This document shows positions 26,795 through 42,142 of a DNA stretch of 64,000 bases, piece by piece (position 1 is the first letter of the stretch; each line of letters starts with the position of its first letter). This stretch comes from Escherichia phage vB_EcoM_SA35RD. The notes below the pieces were generated by a model. The model had not been told where the DNA came from. It searched no databases and saw only the letters and a list, made by a program, of their open reading frames with translations. The stretch is from the sequence record OL960577.1, one strand, 5' to 3'. The translations under genes were made by a program, and so were the position numbers.

Positions 26795-28599
26795 TGAAAC
26801 AAAATATTAAAATTGGTAACGTCGTTGATGACGGACAAGGCGATTACCTTCGTCGAGGTGGTGAAAAAATAAATGAGAACTTTGACGAAATCTATTATGA
26901 ATTAGGTGATGGTGAAGTTCCTTATGCAGCTGGTGCATGGAAGACTTATGATGCGGCTGATGGTCTTAATCTTAAGGCTGCTTGGGGTAAATCTTATGCA
27001 ATTAATACTACTTCTGGGCGAGTTTCGGTAAATCTTCCTAAAGGGACAATTGCAGACTATAATAAAGTTATTCGTGCTCGTGACGTATTTGCAACTTGGA
27101 ACATTAACCCTGTTACTTTAATTCCGGCAAACGGAGATACGATTAAAGGTTCTTCATCTCCGGTAGAAATTAACGTTCAGTTCTCTGATTTAGAATTAGT
27201 TTATTGTGCTCCTGGACGTTGGGAATACATCAAGAACAAACAAATTGATAAAATAGTTAGCTCTGACATTAGTAATGTTGCTCGTAGAGAATATCTGGTT
27301 GAAACCCAAGGTCAGACCGATTTCATGGATGTTTTTAACGGTACCTCTTATAACATTAACAACATTCGCGTAAAACATCGTGGCAACGAATTGTATTATG
27401 GTGATGTATTCAGTGATAATAGTGATTTTGGTTCTCCAGGCGCTAATCCTGGTGAACTGGTTGCACTCGATGGATTTAATATTAGATTACGCCAACCATG
27501 TAATGTTGGGGACACTGTACAAATTGAGACATTCCTAGACGGTGTTTCTCAGTGGCGTAGTTCATATACTCGTCGCCAAGTTCGCATTTTAGATAGTAAA
27601 TTGACTGCTAAAAAGTCTATTGACGGAAGTATTTACGTCACTGATTTGAGTACATTCAGGTCTATTCCATTTACAGCATTTGGTATTAATCCTACAGAAC
27701 CACCTAACCCGAATTCATTAGAAGTTCGCTTCAATGGTATTCTCCAAGAATTAGCGGGTACTGTTGGAACTCCTATTTTCCGTTGTGAAGGTGTGGATGC
27801 TGATTCTGAAGAGTCATGCGCTAATCTCGGTGGGACATGGACTCAATCGTATACAGATTATGCGATTGAATATACTGATAATATCCCTAGCGCAATTCTG
27901 TTTGACCGTCAATTTGAAGACCAAGACATTATTACCATCACATGGTTTAATAACGATTTAGGAACTCTTCTTGAAATGGAAGAAATCCTTGATGCCACTG
28001 ACGAGAAATATGTTTCTCAAGGGTCTAACATTGAAATTACTGGCGATGTTGCATTAACCGATTTTGATAAAATCGGCTGGCCTAATGTAGAACCTGTTCC
28101 TACATATGAACGTGAATTCTCGACTATTTCAGCAATATTTGACACAATTTATCCTGTTGGGACTATTTACGAAAATGCTGTTAACCCTAATAATCCGGCC
28201 ACTTATTTAGGTTTTGGTTCGTGGAAAATTTGGGGACAAGGCAAAGTATTAGCAGGTTGGAATGACGACGCATCCGATCCTAATTTTGCATTAAATAATA
28301 ATGACCTTGACGTCAATGGTAACCCTACTCATACCGCGGGTGGTACCGTTGGTGTAACAACCATCACATTAGAAAATGCTGATTTACCGGCTACACAAAC
28401 CGATGAAAAGGTTCTTATTTCTGATGATAATGGTACAGTAATTATAGGCGGTTGCCAATATGACCCGGATGAAGAAGGTCCTATTTACACTAAATATCGT
28501 GAAGACCATGCAAAGACTAATGGATCTCATGTTCCAGCGCGTTCTATAACTAATATTCAGCCATCTATAACTGTATACCGTTGGGTAAGGATTGCATAA
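26794..28599 (+). CDS. 10: baseplate wedge protein gp10
   Basis: 601 aa (T4 gp10 about 602); TAATG junction with gene 9. Confidence 0.9.
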   Translation: MKQNIKIGNVVDDGQGDYLRRGGEKINENFDEIYYELGDGEVPYAAGAWKTYDAADGLNLKAAWGKSYAINTTSGRVSVNLPKGTIADYNKVIRARDVFATWNINPVTLIPANGDTIKGSSSPVEINVQFSDLELVYCAPGRWEYIKNKQIDKIVSSDISNVARREYLVETQGQTDFMDVFNGTSYNINNIRVKHRGNELYYGDVFSDNSDFGSPGANPGELVALDGFNIRLRQPCNVGDTVQIETFLDGVSQWRSSYTRRQVRILDSKLTAKKSIDGSIYVTDLSTFRSIPFTAFGINPTEPPNPNSLEVRFNGILQELAGTVGTPIFRCEGVDADSEESCANLGGTWTQSYTDYAIEYTDNIPSAILFDRQFEDQDIITITWFNNDLGTLLEMEEILDATDEKYVSQGSNIEITGDVALTDFDKIGWPNVEPVPTYEREFSTISAIFDTIYPVGTIYENAVNPNNPATYLGFGSWKIWGQGKVLAGWNDDASDPNFALNNNDLDVNGNPTHTAGGTVGVTTITLENADLPATQTDEKVLISDDNGTVIIGGCQYDPDEEGPIYTKYREDHAKTNGSHVPARSITNIQPSITVYRWVRIA

Positions 28600-29258
28600 T
28601 GACTGTACTTAATACAAAGGCGGGAGTTATTTCCCGTCATGCTGATTTTTTGAATTACAGAAAAAATCCAGATCAAATTGATGTTTTAAACAACCAAGCT
28701 GTAGGTTCCGTGACTATTTCTCAGTTAGCTCGCGGTTTTTATGATGCTAACGTAGAATCTGCAATAAATGATGTCCATAATATGGCACGAGCTGATATTG
28801 GTACTGTTGTCACAAACACTTCAGGCGTATCGCCTGAAGGTACAGCACAAGTTGATTATTGGACTTTTTCTGGTGATGTTCTCGACGATACTTTGGCCCC
28901 TGGAACGCCGGTCGTTATTAACGTATTTGGACTTGCGGTTAAAGCAACAATCGGTATGACTGATAACGAATTAACGGCACAAGTTCGTATAGCTTTACAA
29001 GAAGCCATTGCTAATCAAATCGCTATTTCTTCTTATAAAGACCATCCGTCAGAAGGTAATAAACTTCAGGTGACATATTTAGATAACCAACGTCATGTGT
29101 TGCCAACATATGCTTCGTTTGGTGTAACAATTTCGCAAGAAATTTTGTCTGAAGCAAAATCCGGATACGGAACATGGAATTTACTGGGTGCCCAAACGGT
29201 TACTCTTGATAACCATAATACTCCTACCGTTTTCTACCACTTTGTGAGAGCCTCATGA
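28599..29258 (+). CDS. 11: baseplate wedge / short-tail-fibre anchor gp11
   Basis: Start at ATG 28599 ([12 protein letters not shown]...), 219 aa as in T4 gp11. Confidence 0.9.
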   Translation: MTVLNTKAGVISRHADFLNYRKNPDQIDVLNNQAVGSVTISQLARGFYDANVESAINDVHNMARADIGTVVTNTSGVSPEGTAQVDYWTFSGDVLDDTLAPGTPVVINVFGLAVKATIGMTDNELTAQVRIALQEAIANQIAISSYKDHPSEGNKLQVTYLDNQRHVLPTYASFGVTISQEILSEAKSGYGTWNLLGAQTVTLDNHNTPTVFYHFVRAS

Positions 29259-30838
29259 GTAATAACAATACATACCAACACGTTTCAAACGAATCCATTT
29301 ACGTTGAATTCGACCCTACGGGGTCGAATTTTCCAGATACAGTCACTAATGTCCAAGCCGCATTAGCTGCTATTTCTCCTTCAGGTGTTAATGGTGTACC
29401 GGAAGCGACAACTACTACATCAGGAATTATTCAAATAGCTACTCCACAAGAAGTTATTGATGGATTAGATAATAGTAAAGCTGTTACTCCGGCATCACTG
29501 AATGCTCGTCTACAATATCCTAATGCAACTGAAACTCAATATGGCTTAACTCGTTATGCTACTGAAGATGAAGCAGTAACAGGAACTATTGACGATGCAT
29601 CAATTACTCCGCTTAAATTGAATCAAAAAATAGACAATGTATTTCAGACAAAAGTGTCAACAGAAGCAACAAATGGTGTAATTAAAATTTCAACTTCTGC
29701 TGCGGCATTAGCTGGCTCTGACGATACAACGGCAATGACCCCGTTAAAAACGCAACAATTAGCAATTAAACTTATTTCGCAAATTGCTCCAAATAATAGT
29801 GACGCCACCGAATCTATTACCGGTGTTGTTCGTTTGGCTACAGTTGCTCAAGCACAACAAGGCACCCTGCGTGAAGGCTATGCAATTTCACCTTATACCT
29901 TTATGAATTCAGTAGCATCAGAAACTAATAAAGGTGTCGTTAAACTAGGGACACAGACTGAAGTAAATAGTAACAACTCTTCAGCTGTAGTGACCGGCGC
30001 AACATTAAACGGACGTGGTGCTACAACTTCTTTACGTGGAGTTGTTCGTTTAACTACACAAGCGGGTAGTCAATCAGGTGGTGATGGTTCTTCTGCCCTT
30101 GCTTGGAATGCTGATGTTATCCACCAACGAGGTGGACAAACTATTAATGGCACGCTTCGCATTAATAATACGTTGACGGTTGGTTCTGGTGGTGCTAATA
30201 TAACGGGTAATGTCAATATGACCGGCGGTTATATTCAAGGCAATCGTATTGTGACTCAAAATGAATTAGACCGAATTCTTCCAGTTGGCGCTATTACAAT
30301 GTGGGCTGCAGATAGTTTACCGAGTTCTGATTGGCGCTTCTGTCACGGTGGGACCGTTTCTGCTTCAGAATGTCCGGTATATGCTTCCAGAATTGGGACA
30401 CGATATGGTGGTAGTTCTTCTAACCCAGGCTTGCCTGATATGCGTGGATTATTTGTTCGTGGCTCAGGTCGTGGCTCTCACTTAACAAATCCAAATGTTA
30501 ATGGTAATGACCAGTTTGGTAAGCCTAGATTAGGTGTAGGTTGTACTGGTGGATATGTTGGTGAAGTACAGAAACAACAGATGTCTTATCATAAACACGC
30601 TGGCGGATTTGGTGAGCATGATGATTCTGGAGCATTCGGTAATACCCGTAGATCAAATTTCGTTGGTACACGTAAAGGACTTGACTGGGATAACCGTTCA
30701 TACTTCACCAATGACGGATATGAAATCGACCCGGCATCACAACGAAATTCCAAATATACATTAAATCGTCCTGAATTAATTGGAAATGAAACACGTCCAT
30801 GGAACATTTCTTTAAACTATATCATTAAGGTAAAATAA
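29255..30838 (+). CDS. 12: short tail fibre gp12
   Basis: 527 aa as in T4 gp12; Ser/Thr/Gly-rich repeats. Confidence 0.9.
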   Translation: MSNNNTYQHVSNESIYVEFDPTGSNFPDTVTNVQAALAAISPSGVNGVPEATTTTSGIIQIATPQEVIDGLDNSKAVTPASLNARLQYPNATETQYGLTRYATEDEAVTGTIDDASITPLKLNQKIDNVFQTKVSTEATNGVIKISTSAAALAGSDDTTAMTPLKTQQLAIKLISQIAPNNSDATESITGVVRLATVAQAQQGTLREGYAISPYTFMNSVASETNKGVVKLGTQTEVNSNNSSAVVTGATLNGRGATTSLRGVVRLTTQAGSQSGGDGSSALAWNADVIHQRGGQTINGTLRINNTLTVGSGGANITGNVNMTGGYIQGNRIVTQNELDRILPVGAITMWAADSLPSSDWRFCHGGTVSASECPVYASRIGTRYGGSSSNPGLPDMRGLFVRGSGRGSHLTNPNVNGNDQFGKPRLGVGCTGGYVGEVQKQQMSYHKHAGGFGEHDDSGAFGNTRRSNFVGTRKGLDWDNRSYFTNDGYEIDPASQRNSKYTLNRPELIGNETRPWNISLNYIIKVK

Positions 30839-32286
30839 TGGCTGATATAACTCTGGTAGATTTACCATATGTTGACGGCCCGCCAGACGCGGGTCAGAGT
30901 CGTATTGAATGGATTAAAAACGATGAAGAAATAACAGGTGCTGACACAAAATACGGTTCTGAAGGTGTAATGAACCGTCCTATTGTTGAAGTTCAACGTA
31001 ACGTAGAAGCGTTAGATGTTAATATTAAAACTATAGCATCTTCTTTGAATACGGCCAATGAAGATATAAAAGTTATTCAAGGTATTTTAGATGTTTCTGG
31101 GGATGTTGATGCTCTTGCACAGATAGGCCAGAACACCCAAGATATTGATGTCATTAAAGTCACAGTTCAAACCCATGCTAGTGAATTGAATGATTTGAAT
31201 GAACGTATTGATGCGAATACTGATGATATTGGTGTTTATAATCAGGAAACAGATTCAGTTTATAGAACGGTTCGTAACGACCTGCTTTGGATTAAAAATG
31301 AATTAGGACAATATACTGGTCAAGATATTAATGGGGTTCCTACTCCAGGAAATGATAGCACTGGTATGAAACGCCGTATTATGACTAATAGCTCCGTAAT
31401 TGTTGACCATGGCGTTCGATTAACTGATTTAGAAACTAAATTTGCTGATTCTGACGTCGGCTCTTTAACTATTGAAGTCGAACACTTGCGCGAAGAAATG
31501 GGACCTCGCACTTCTTTCACTACTCCAGTGTTTAGTCGTCTTTCCGGTATTGATTTAACTTTGTCGCGTCAAAATGCTGACTTGGATGGCATTAAACAGT
31601 CTATTGGGTATCCTAATACGACTTCTATTATTACTACAACTAATGCGAATAGTTCAGCAATAAACGACATTAATCTTGAGCTCAATAAATCAGGTGGTAT
31701 TAAACCTCGTTTGACTACAGTAGAAACTGTCATTGGCGCTGATGATTTGCCTACTACAATCCAAGGACGTATTAAACTCAATACTGATGCTATCGGAGCA
31801 TTGAACACTGTTGTCGGCTCTGATTCTTCGTCAGGATTGCGTTTTAATGTGTCATGGTTAAATAACGTAGTCGGTGTTGACGCTTCAGGTGGGAAACCGG
31901 AACCAGCCGGCTCTTTGCTTTATCGTACTCGAGAGCTTGAAGGAACTATCAGTGGGATGAGTAATGACATTCAGAACATTCAAACTGATGTTGGGACTAA
32001 TACCACAGGAATTAAGGGTTCTGTAAACACATTAAATACTCTTATAAATGGCACCAACCCAAATGGTTCGACTGTTGAAGAACGCGGTATATTGCCTACA
32101 GTTAAAAGTCACGATACGACAATTAATAGTTTAACTTCTAGAATTGCTACTCTTGAAACTGATTTGGCCGCTGCAGAAGCTGAAATCCAAACTCTTAAGG
32201 AAGCTGGATATATTGAAGATGCTCCTTCAGACGGTAAATTCTATGTTCGCAAAGATGGCGCATGGGTTGAACTTCCTACAGCTTAA
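30838..32286 (+). CDS. wac: fibritin (whisker, neck)
   Basis: 482 aa coiled coil; C-terminal foldon-like GYIEDAPSDGKFYVRKDGAWVEL. Confidence 0.9.
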   Translation: MADITLVDLPYVDGPPDAGQSRIEWIKNDEEITGADTKYGSEGVMNRPIVEVQRNVEALDVNIKTIASSLNTANEDIKVIQGILDVSGDVDALAQIGQNTQDIDVIKVTVQTHASELNDLNERIDANTDDIGVYNQETDSVYRTVRNDLLWIKNELGQYTGQDINGVPTPGNDSTGMKRRIMTNSSVIVDHGVRLTDLETKFADSDVGSLTIEVEHLREEMGPRTSFTTPVFSRLSGIDLTLSRQNADLDGIKQSIGYPNTTSIITTTNANSSAINDINLELNKSGGIKPRLTTVETVIGADDLPTTIQGRIKLNTDAIGALNTVVGSDSSSGLRFNVSWLNNVVGVDASGGKPEPAGSLLYRTRELEGTISGMSNDIQNIQTDVGTNTTGIKGSVNTLNTLINGTNPNGSTVEERGILPTVKSHDTTINSLTSRIATLETDLAAAEAEIQTLKEAGYIEDAPSDGKFYVRKDGAWVELPTA

Positions 32287-32292
32287 TGAAAA

Positions 32293-32310
32293 GGGCCTTC
32301 GGGCCCTAAA
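32293..32310 (+). terminator. stem-loop after wac (weak terminator)
   Basis: GGGCC-TTCG-GGCCC hairpin; the downstream U-tract is poor. Confidence 0.35.
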
Positions 32311-32318
32311 GGATTTAT

Positions 32319-33245
32319 ATGTCAGGTTATAATGCACAAAACCCTAAAGAATTAAAGGATGTAATATTACGTCGTTTAGGCGCTCCTATTGTAAATGTTG
32401 AATTAACTACGGACCAAATTTATGATTGTATTTCACGAGCGTTAGAACTTTATGGCGAATACCATTTTGACGGGTTGAATAAAGGTTTCCATGTATTTTT
32501 TGTTGATGACGAAGAAAAATACCGTCATGGCGTATTTGATATGCGTGGTTCTAACGTATTTGCCGTAACAAGAATTATAAGAACAAATGTTGGCTCTATT
32601 ACTTCAATGGATGGTAATGCAACTTATCCATGGTTCACTGATTTCCTTTTAGGAATGGCTGGTGTTTCAGGTGGTATGGGTAGTAATTGTGGTAAATTCT
32701 ACGGCCCTAACGCTTTTGGCGCTGATCTCGGGTATTATTCTCAATTAGTATCTTATATGGGTATGCTTCAAGATATGATTGCTCCTCTCCCAGATTTTTG
32801 GTTTAACTCTGCAAACGAGCAATTAAAAGTAATGGGTAACTTTAGACAGAAAGATGTCATTATCGTTGAATCATATGTTCGCTCTTATATCGAGACCCAT
32901 AAGATGGTAGGAAATACAGTAGGGTACGGACAGGTCGGTCCTCGTGATTCATGGTCTATTTCTGAGCGGTATGACAACCCGGACCATAATTTGGTCGGAC
33001 GTCGAGTTGGTGAAGATCCTGCAACTAAACAAGGCGCATATAACAACCGCTGGGTTAAAGATTACGCAACTGCATTAGCTAAAGAGCTTAATGGGCAAAT
33101 TCTTGCTAAACATCAAGGTATGATGTTACCGGGTGGCGTCACTGTTGATGGTGTTCGATTAATTGAAGAAGCTCGTTTAGAGAAAGAAGCTTTACGAGAA
33201 GAGTTATATTTACTGGACCCTCCTGCAGGTATTTTGGTAGGTTAA
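32319..33245 (+). CDS. 13: neck protein gp13
   Basis: 308 aa; position and length as T4 gp13. Confidence 0.85.
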   Translation: MSGYNAQNPKELKDVILRRLGAPIVNVELTTDQIYDCISRALELYGEYHFDGLNKGFHVFFVDDEEKYRHGVFDMRGSNVFAVTRIIRTNVGSITSMDGNATYPWFTDFLLGMAGVSGGMGSNCGKFYGPNAFGADLGYYSQLVSYMGMLQDMIAPLPDFWFNSANEQLKVMGNFRQKDVIIVESYVRSYIETHKMVGNTVGYGQVGPRDSWSISERYDNPDHNLVGRRVGEDPATKQGAYNNRWVKDYATALAKELNGQILAKHQGMMLPGGVTVDGVRLIEEARLEKEALREELYLLDPPAGILVG

Positions 33246-33246
33246 T

Positions 33247-34011
33247 ATGGCAACTTATGATAAAAATCTTTTCGCCAAGCTAGAAAATCGTGGCGGGTAT
33301 TCTCAGACAAATGAAACCGAAATCCTCAATCCATTTGTCAATTTTAATAATTATGAGAATAGTCAGACCTTAGCCGATGTTCTAGTGGCAGAAAGCATAC
33401 AGATGCGCGGTATTGAATGTTTTTATGTTCCACGTGAATATGTTGCAGTGGACCTTATCTTTGGTGAGGACCTTAAAAATAAATTTACTAAAGCATGGAA
33501 ATTTGCTGCATATCTGAACTCTTTTGAAGGTTATGAAGGAGCGAAATCGTTCTTCAGCAACTTCGGAATGCAAGTTCAAGACGAAGTTACATTATCTATT
33601 AACCCAGGTCTTTTCAAACACCAGGTCAACAATCAGGAGCCTAAGGAAGGTGATTTAATATACTTCCCAATGGACAACAGTTTGTTTGAGATTAACTGGG
33701 TTGAACCATATGACCCATTCTATCAAGTAGGTAAAAATGCTATTCGTAAAATTACTGCAGGCAAGTTTATTTACTCTGGCGAAGAAATCAATCCGGTGCT
33801 TCAGAAAAATGAAGGTATCAATATACCTGAATTTAGTGACTTGGAACTTAACCCTGTTAGAAATCTTGACGGTATCCATGACATTAATATCGATGAATAT
33901 TCTGAAGTTGAGCAAATCAATTCAGAGGCAAGTGAATACGTTGAGCCGTATGTAGTAGTTAACAACCGTGGTAGACAAAATTCACCATTTGACGATGGGT
34001 TTATGAATTAA
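33247..34011 (+). CDS. 14: neck protein gp14
   Basis: 254 aa; position and length as T4 gp14. Confidence 0.85.
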   Translation: MATYDKNLFAKLENRGGYSQTNETEILNPFVNFNNYENSQTLADVLVAESIQMRGIECFYVPREYVAVDLIFGEDLKNKFTKAWKFAAYLNSFEGYEGAKSFFSNFGMQVQDEVTLSINPGLFKHQVNNQEPKEGDLIYFPMDNSLFEINWVEPYDPFYQVGKNAIRKITAGKFIYSGEEINPVLQKNEGINIPEFSDLELNPVRNLDGIHDINIDEYSEVEQINSEASEYVEPYVVVNNRGRQNSPFDDGFMN

Positions 34012-34063
34012 TAAATAGATAAGATAAAGCAAACACCGGTCGAAAGGCCGGTTAGGAGAAATG

Positions 34064-34885
34064 ATGTTTGGCTATTTTTACAACTCGTCGTTCAGGCGAT
34101 ATATCACAATGATGGGCGATTTGTTTTCAAATATCCAAGTTAACCGTCAATTGTCTACAGGCAATAAATTAATTAGAGTTCCTATCACGTATGCATCTAA
34201 AGAGCACTTTATGATGAAACTTAATAAATGGACCTCTATAAACTCACAAGAAGATGTGGCTAAAGTCGAAACTATTCTACCACGTATAAATCTCCAAATG
34301 GTAGATTTCGTTTATAACCCAACGTTTAAAACGAATATATTGAATAACTCTCTTTTGAGTAAATCGACTAAGGATATTGTAGACCAATACAACCCATCAC
34401 CAATTAAAATGATTTTTGAACTGAGCATCTTTACTCGTTATGAAGATGATATGTTCCAAATCGTTGAGCAAATTATTCCATATTTTCAGCCGCATTTTAA
34501 TACGACTATGATTGAGCAATACGGACAGGATATTCCATTTGAAAGGGATATTAAAGTCGTATGGATGGCAGCAGCAATGGATGAACAAATAGACGGTGAT
34601 AATTTATCTCGTCGACGTTTAGAGTGGTCATTAACATTTGAAGTAAATGGATGGATGTATCCTCCGGTAGGCGCAGCTGAAGGCCTTATTAAAACGACTT
34701 ATCTTGATTTTCATGCTAATGAACGAGACCTTCAAACAGCCGCCAGTGTTTTTGAATCAGTTGATACAGAAATTAAACCGAGAGACGTTGAAGCACAAGA
34801 TTGGAATGGTGAAGTTGAACAAACTTATACTCATGATATTCCAATCCCGACTCCACCAACCCCTCCTGGTCCTAGAAAACAATAA
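34064..34885 (+). CDS. 15: tail sheath stabiliser / tail completion gp15
   Basis: MFGYFYNSSFRRY... matches the T4 gp15 N-terminus; start at the second ATG. Confidence 0.85.
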   Translation: MFGYFYNSSFRRYITMMGDLFSNIQVNRQLSTGNKLIRVPITYASKEHFMMKLNKWTSINSQEDVAKVETILPRINLQMVDFVYNPTFKTNILNNSLLSKSTKDIVDQYNPSPIKMIFELSIFTRYEDDMFQIVEQIIPYFQPHFNTTMIEQYGQDIPFERDIKVVWMAAAMDEQIDGDNLSRRRLEWSLTFEVNGWMYPPVGAAEGLIKTTYLDFHANERDLQTAASVFESVDTEIKPRDVEAQDWNGEVEQTYTHDIPIPTPPTPPGPRKQ

Positions 34886-34894
34886 GAGGTAAAT

Positions 34895-37211
<2,317 letters not shown>

Positions 37212-37238
37212 AAATAAAGCAAATTAAGAGGAATTAAA

Positions 37239-39221
37239 ATGGCACTTCTCTCTCCGGGCGTTGAGCTCAAAGAAACTACCGTACAGAGTACTGTAGTTAA
37301 TAACTCCACTGGTACTGCTGCCCTGGCTGGAAAATTCCAATGGGGACCTGCATTCCAGATTAAACAAATCACTGATGAAGTTGCGTTAGTTGATATGTTT
37401 GGTACTCCTAATACGGATACAGCAGATTATTTCATGTCTGCTATGAACTTCCTTCAATATGGTAATGACCTTCGTGTTGTACGCGCAGTTGACCGTGATA
37501 CTGCTAAGAACTCATCTCCTGTAGCAGGCAATATTGAATTCACAATCTCTGCTGCTGGTAGTAACTATGCAGTTGGTGATAAAATTATCGTTAAGTATTT
37601 GACCGAAACTGTTGAAGCAGATGGTTATGTCACTTCAGTTGATGTCGATGGTAAAATTCTTAACATTTATATCCCAACCGGTAAAATTATTGCTCGTGCA
37701 AAAGAAATTAATGAATATCCGGCATTGGGTTCTAACTGGACCGCCGAAGTTGCCAGTTCTTCTTCTGGACTTTCTGGCGTTATTACAATTGGTTCTATCG
37801 TAACCGATTCGGGTATTCTGTTAACTGAAGTTGAAACTTCTGAAGAAGCTATTACTTCTCTAACTTTCCAAGAATCTATTAAAAAATATGGTGTCCCAGG
37901 CGTAGTTGCTCTTTATCCTGGTGAACTTGGCGACCAGCTCGAAATTGAAATCGTATCTAAAGCAGACTACGACAAAGGTGCTTCAGCCCAGTTAAAAATT
38001 TATCCTGATGGTGGTACTCGTGCATCTACTGCTAAAGCAATCTTTGGGTATGGCCCACAAACTGATGACCAATATGCAATTATCGTTCGTCGTAACGATG
38101 CTGTAGTTCAGAGCGTAATTCTTTCTACTAAACGTGGTGAACGCGATATTTATGGTAGTAATATCTTTATTGATGATTTCTTTGCTAAAGGTGCAAGCAA
38201 TTATATTTTCGCTACTGCACAAGGTTGGCCAAAAGGTTTCTCTGGTGTAATCAAACTGGGTGGTGGCTTATCATCTAATGAAACGGTTGACGCTGGTGAT
38301 TTAATGGAAGCTTGGGATTTGTTTGCTGACCGCGAATCTGTTAATGCGCAGTTGTTTATTGCAGGTTCTTGTGCAGGTGAATCTTTAGAAGTTGCTTCTA
38401 CAGTTCAGAAACATGTTGTAGCAATTGGTGATTCTCGCCAAGATTGCTTGGTTCTTTGCTCACCACCACGTGCAACTATAGTCGGTATTCCTGTTAATCG
38501 TGCAGTTGATAATCTGGTTGATTGGCGTACTGCGTCAGGAACTTACACTGATAATAACTTTAATGTAAGTTCTACTTATGCCGCTATTGACGGTAACTAT
38601 AAATATCAATACGATAAATATAATGATGTGAATCGTTGGGTTCCATTAGCTGCTGATATCGCCGGTCTTTGTGCTCGCACAGACAATATTTCTCAGCCTT
38701 GGATGTCTCCTGCTGGTTATAATCGTGGACAAATTCTTAACGTTATTAAGCTTGCAATTGAAACTCGTCAACCACAGCGTGATCGTTTGTATCAGGAAGC
38801 TATTAACCCTGTTACTGGTACCGGTGGTGATGGGTATGTTCTGTACGGTGATAAAACTGCCACTTCTGTTCCTTCACCATTTGACCGTATTAACGTTCGT
38901 CGTTTGTTCAATATGGTTAAAACGAACATTGGTTCAGCATCCAAATATCGCCTGTTTGAATTGAACAACGCATTTACCCGTTCTTCTTTCCGTACAGAGA
39001 CTTCTCAATATCTACAGGGTATTAAAGCTCTCGGTGGTGTATATAACTTTAAAGTTGTTTGTGATACTACCAATAACACCCCAGCAGTTATCGACCGTAA
39101 TGAATTTGTAGCTACTTTCTACTTACAACCTGCCCGCTCGATAAATTATATTACGTTGAACTTTGTAGCAACAGCAACTGGTGCCGATTTCGACGAACTG
39201 ATTGGTGCTGTAGGTGGTTAA
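37239..39221 (+). CDS. 18: tail sheath protein gp18
   Basis: 660 aa; late promoter TATAAATA 28 nt upstream. Confidence 0.95.
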   Translation: MALLSPGVELKETTVQSTVVNNSTGTAALAGKFQWGPAFQIKQITDEVALVDMFGTPNTDTADYFMSAMNFLQYGNDLRVVRAVDRDTAKNSSPVAGNIEFTISAAGSNYAVGDKIIVKYLTETVEADGYVTSVDVDGKILNIYIPTGKIIARAKEINEYPALGSNWTAEVASSSSGLSGVITIGSIVTDSGILLTEVETSEEAITSLTFQESIKKYGVPGVVALYPGELGDQLEIEIVSKADYDKGASAQLKIYPDGGTRASTAKAIFGYGPQTDDQYAIIVRRNDAVVQSVILSTKRGERDIYGSNIFIDDFFAKGASNYIFATAQGWPKGFSGVIKLGGGLSSNETVDAGDLMEAWDLFADRESVNAQLFIAGSCAGESLEVASTVQKHVVAIGDSRQDCLVLCSPPRATIVGIPVNRAVDNLVDWRTASGTYTDNNFNVSSTYAAIDGNYKYQYDKYNDVNRWVPLAADIAGLCARTDNISQPWMSPAGYNRGQILNVIKLAIETRQPQRDRLYQEAINPVTGTGGDGYVLYGDKTATSVPSPFDRINVRRLFNMVKTNIGSASKYRLFELNNAFTRSSFRTETSQYLQGIKALGGVYNFKVVCDTTNNTPAVIDRNEFVATFYLQPARSINYITLNFVATATGADFDELIGAVGG

Positions 39222-39253
39222 TAAGACGCCTGATGGGCTATTTCGGTAGCCCA

Positions 39254-39261
39254 TATAAATA
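39254..39261 (+). promoter_or_regulatory. late promoter TATAAATA for gene 19
   Basis: Exact match (CCATATAAATATA) after a hairpin, 73 nt upstream of the ATG. Confidence 0.55.
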
Positions 39262-39333
39262 TACTATATCGTTTAAAAATTAATTCTATGGGCATCAGGT
39301 TAATCCTAAGCCCATATTACTACAGAGGCTAAT

Positions 39334-39825
39334 ATGTTTGTAGATGACGTAACTCGTGCCTTCGAATCAGGTGATTTCGCTCGCCCTAACCTATTCGAAG
39401 TAGAAATTTCTTATCTTGGGCAAAACTTTAGCTTCCAGTGTCGTGCTACGGCTCTTCCTGCTGCGATCGTTGAAAAGGTTCCTGTTTCTTATATGAACCG
39501 TAAAATTAACGTGGCCGGTGATCGTACATTCGATGATTGGACTATTACAGTAATGAACGATGATGCTCATAGCATTCGTCAGAAATTTGTTGATTGGCAA
39601 GGTATTGCAGCAGGACAAGGTAATGAAATTACCGGTGGTAAACCTGCTGAATATAAAAAGACTGCTATCGTTCGTCAATTTGCTCGTGATGCTAAAACGG
39701 TCACTAAAGAAGTTGAAATTGTCGGCTTGTGGCCTACTAACGTTGGTGAAGTATCTCTTGATTGGGATTCGAATAACGAGATTGAAACGTTCGAAGTAAC
39801 TCTTGCTCTTGATTGGTGGGAATAA
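39334..39825 (+). CDS. 19: tail tube protein gp19
   Basis: 163 aa as T4 gp19. Confidence 0.9.
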   Translation: MFVDDVTRAFESGDFARPNLFEVEISYLGQNFSFQCRATALPAAIVEKVPVSYMNRKINVAGDRTFDDWTITVMNDDAHSIRQKFVDWQGIAAGQGNEITGGKPAEYKKTAIVRQFARDAKTVTKEVEIVGLWPTNVGEVSLDWDSNNEIETFEVTLALDWWE

Positions 39826-39873
39826 TCTGGTTGGGGAGAAATCCCCAGCTTCCCGTGATGACGGAGAAGTCCA

Positions 39874-39881
39874 TATAAATA
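39874..39881 (+). promoter_or_regulatory. late promoter TATAAATA for gene 20
   Basis: Exact match (CCATATAAATATA), 29 nt upstream of the ATG. Confidence 0.7.
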
Positions 39882-39909
39882 TAACTATAATTCCCATTCG
39901 GAGAATACA

Positions 39910-41481
39910 ATGAAATTTAATATCTTAAGTTTGTTTGCTCCATGGGCAAAAATGGACGAACGTGATTACAAAGACCAAGAAAAAGAAAATTTAGAATCTA
40001 TCACCACACCAAAATTAGACGATGGTGCTAAAGAATACGAAGTATCTGAAAATGAAGCACAGCAAACATATAATGCTATGTTTCAGAGAATGTTTGGTAG
40101 TCAAGAACCAGGGCTCAAATCAACCCGTGAATTAATCGATACGTATCGAAATTTGATGACGAACTATGAAGTGGATAATGCAGTCTCTGAAATAGTTTCC
40201 GATGCTATCGTATATGAAGATGATACAGAAGTCGTTTCTATAAATTTAGACAACACAAAATTTAGTCCAAATATAAAATCAATGATGTTGGATGAATTTA
40301 ACGAAGTGTTGAATCATTTATCTTTCCAACGTAAAGGTTCAGACCATTTTAGGCGTTGGTATGTGGATTCTCGAATTTTCTTCCATAAAATTATTGACCC
40401 TAAACGCCCTAAAGAAGGTATTAAAGAGCTTCGTCGTTTAGACCCGCGTCAAGTTCAATATGTCCGTGAAGTTATTACAACCACTGAAGCCGGTGTTAAA
40501 ATAGTCAAGGGTTATAAAGAATATTTCATTTATGACACATCACACGAATCTTATGCTTGTGATGGCCGCATATATGAAGCTGGCACAAAAATAAAAATCC
40601 CTAAAGCCGCGATTGTTTACGCCCATTCTGGTTTAGTTGATTGTTGTGGTAAAAATATCATTGGTTATTTGCATCGGGCTATTAAGCCAGCGAACCAATT
40701 AAAACTTCTTGAAGATGCCGTCGTAATTTATCGTATTACTCGTGCTCCCGATCGTCGTGTATGGTATGTTGATACAGGTAATATGCCTTCAAGAAAAGCA
40801 GCAGAACATATGCAACATGTTATGAATACGATGAAAAACCGTATTGCATATGATGCTACTACAGGCAAGATTAAAAACCAGCAGCATATTATGTCGATGA
40901 CCGAAGATTATTGGTTACAACGACGTGATGGTAAAGCAGTAACAGAAGTTGATACATTACCAGGTGCAGATAATACTGGAAATATGGAAGATGTACGTTG
41001 GTTCCGTAATGCACTTTATATGGCTTTACGTATTCCTATTACCCGTATTCCAAGTGACCAAGGTGGTATACAGTTTGATGCTGGTACTTCTATTACACGA
41101 GATGAATTATCATTTGGTAAATTTATTCGTGAGCTGCAACATAAATTTGAAGAGATATTCCTAGACCCGCTTAAAACTAATTTAATTCTTAAAGGAATTA
41201 TTACAGAAGATGAGTGGAATGATGAAATAAATAATATTAAGATAAAATTTCATCGGGATAGTTATTTCTCGGAATTAAAGGATGCTGAGATTCTGGAGCG
41301 TCGCATTAATATGCTTCAGATGGCCGAACCATTTATTGGTAAATATATTTCTCACAGAACAGCTATGAAAGATATTCTTCAGATGTCTGACGAGGAAATT
41401 GAACAAGAGGCTAAGCAAATTGAAGAAGAGTCGAAAGAGGCTCGTTTCCAAGACCCCGACCAAGAACAAGAGGATTTTTAA
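39910..41481 (+). CDS. 20: portal vertex protein gp20
   Basis: 523 aa; late promoter at 39874. Confidence 0.9.
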   Translation: MKFNILSLFAPWAKMDERDYKDQEKENLESITTPKLDDGAKEYEVSENEAQQTYNAMFQRMFGSQEPGLKSTRELIDTYRNLMTNYEVDNAVSEIVSDAIVYEDDTEVVSINLDNTKFSPNIKSMMLDEFNEVLNHLSFQRKGSDHFRRWYVDSRIFFHKIIDPKRPKEGIKELRRLDPRQVQYVREVITTTEAGVKIVKGYKEYFIYDTSHESYACDGRIYEAGTKIKIPKAAIVYAHSGLVDCCGKNIIGYLHRAIKPANQLKLLEDAVVIYRITRAPDRRVWYVDTGNMPSRKAAEHMQHVMNTMKNRIAYDATTGKIKNQQHIMSMTEDYWLQRRDGKAVTEVDTLPGADNTGNMEDVRWFRNALYMALRIPITRIPSDQGGIQFDAGTSITRDELSFGKFIRELQHKFEEIFLDPLKTNLILKGIITEDEWNDEINNIKIKFHRDSYFSELKDAEILERRINMLQMAEPFIGKYISHRTAMKDILQMSDEEIEQEAKQIEEESKEARFQDPDQEQEDF

Positions 41482-41717
41482 TGGACGATTTAATTCAAGC
41501 TATTAAATCAAACGACCTCGTTGCTACTCGAAAGTTTTTTGAAAGTGCAATGGCAGAAAAAACGGTTCGTTTGATTGAAGCACGCAAAGCAGAAATCGCT
41601 TCTCAATTTTTGATTGAAGGCGAAGAACCTGAAGAAGAAAAGAAAGCTAAAGCTTCGGAAGACGACGCTGATGAAGGCGATGACGACGAAGACGAAGATG
41701 ATGAGGACGATGAATAA
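41481..41717 (+). CDS. 67: prohead core protein gp67
   Basis: 78 aa with extremely acidic C-terminus [18 protein letters not shown]. Confidence 0.8.
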   Translation: MDDLIQAIKSNDLVATRKFFESAMAEKTVRLIEARKAEIASQFLIEGEEPEEEKKAKASEDDADEGDDDEDEDDEDDE

Positions 41718-42142
41718 TGTATCTTATCCCTGAATCTTATGAATTGGTACTCGAAAATGTCGAAGCACTTATTCCTGAAGCACAGGGCCGAATCGATGCA
41801 TTGTCTTCTGCTCTCGATATTGACGATATAAATACTATTATCGAGAACATGCTTGAAACTGAAACGGATTTAGCTGTTGCAATGGCTTCCATTATTAATG
41901 AAGAACAGTTAAATGAGTTTATCGTTAAACATGTTTCTTCTCGTGGTGAAGTCACCCGCACTAAAGACCGTAAAACTCGTGAACGTAACGCGTTCCAAAC
42001 CACCGGTCTTTCTAAAGCAAAACGTAGACAAATCGCTCGTAAGGTCGTTAAAGCTAAAAAAGCTAACCCTTCAGGCCAAGTTAAAGGCTTGCGTAAGCGT
42101 AAAAAGGCTCTTAAACGTCGTAAAGCATTAGGATTAAGCTAA
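41717..42142 (+). CDS. 68: prohead core protein gp68
   Basis: 141 aa; basic C-terminus; position as in T4. Confidence 0.8.
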   Translation: MYLIPESYELVLENVEALIPEAQGRIDALSSALDIDDINTIIENMLETETDLAVAMASIINEEQLNEFIVKHVSSRGEVTRTKDRKTRERNAFQTTGLSKAKRRQIARKVVKAKKANPSGQVKGLRKRKKALKRRKALGLS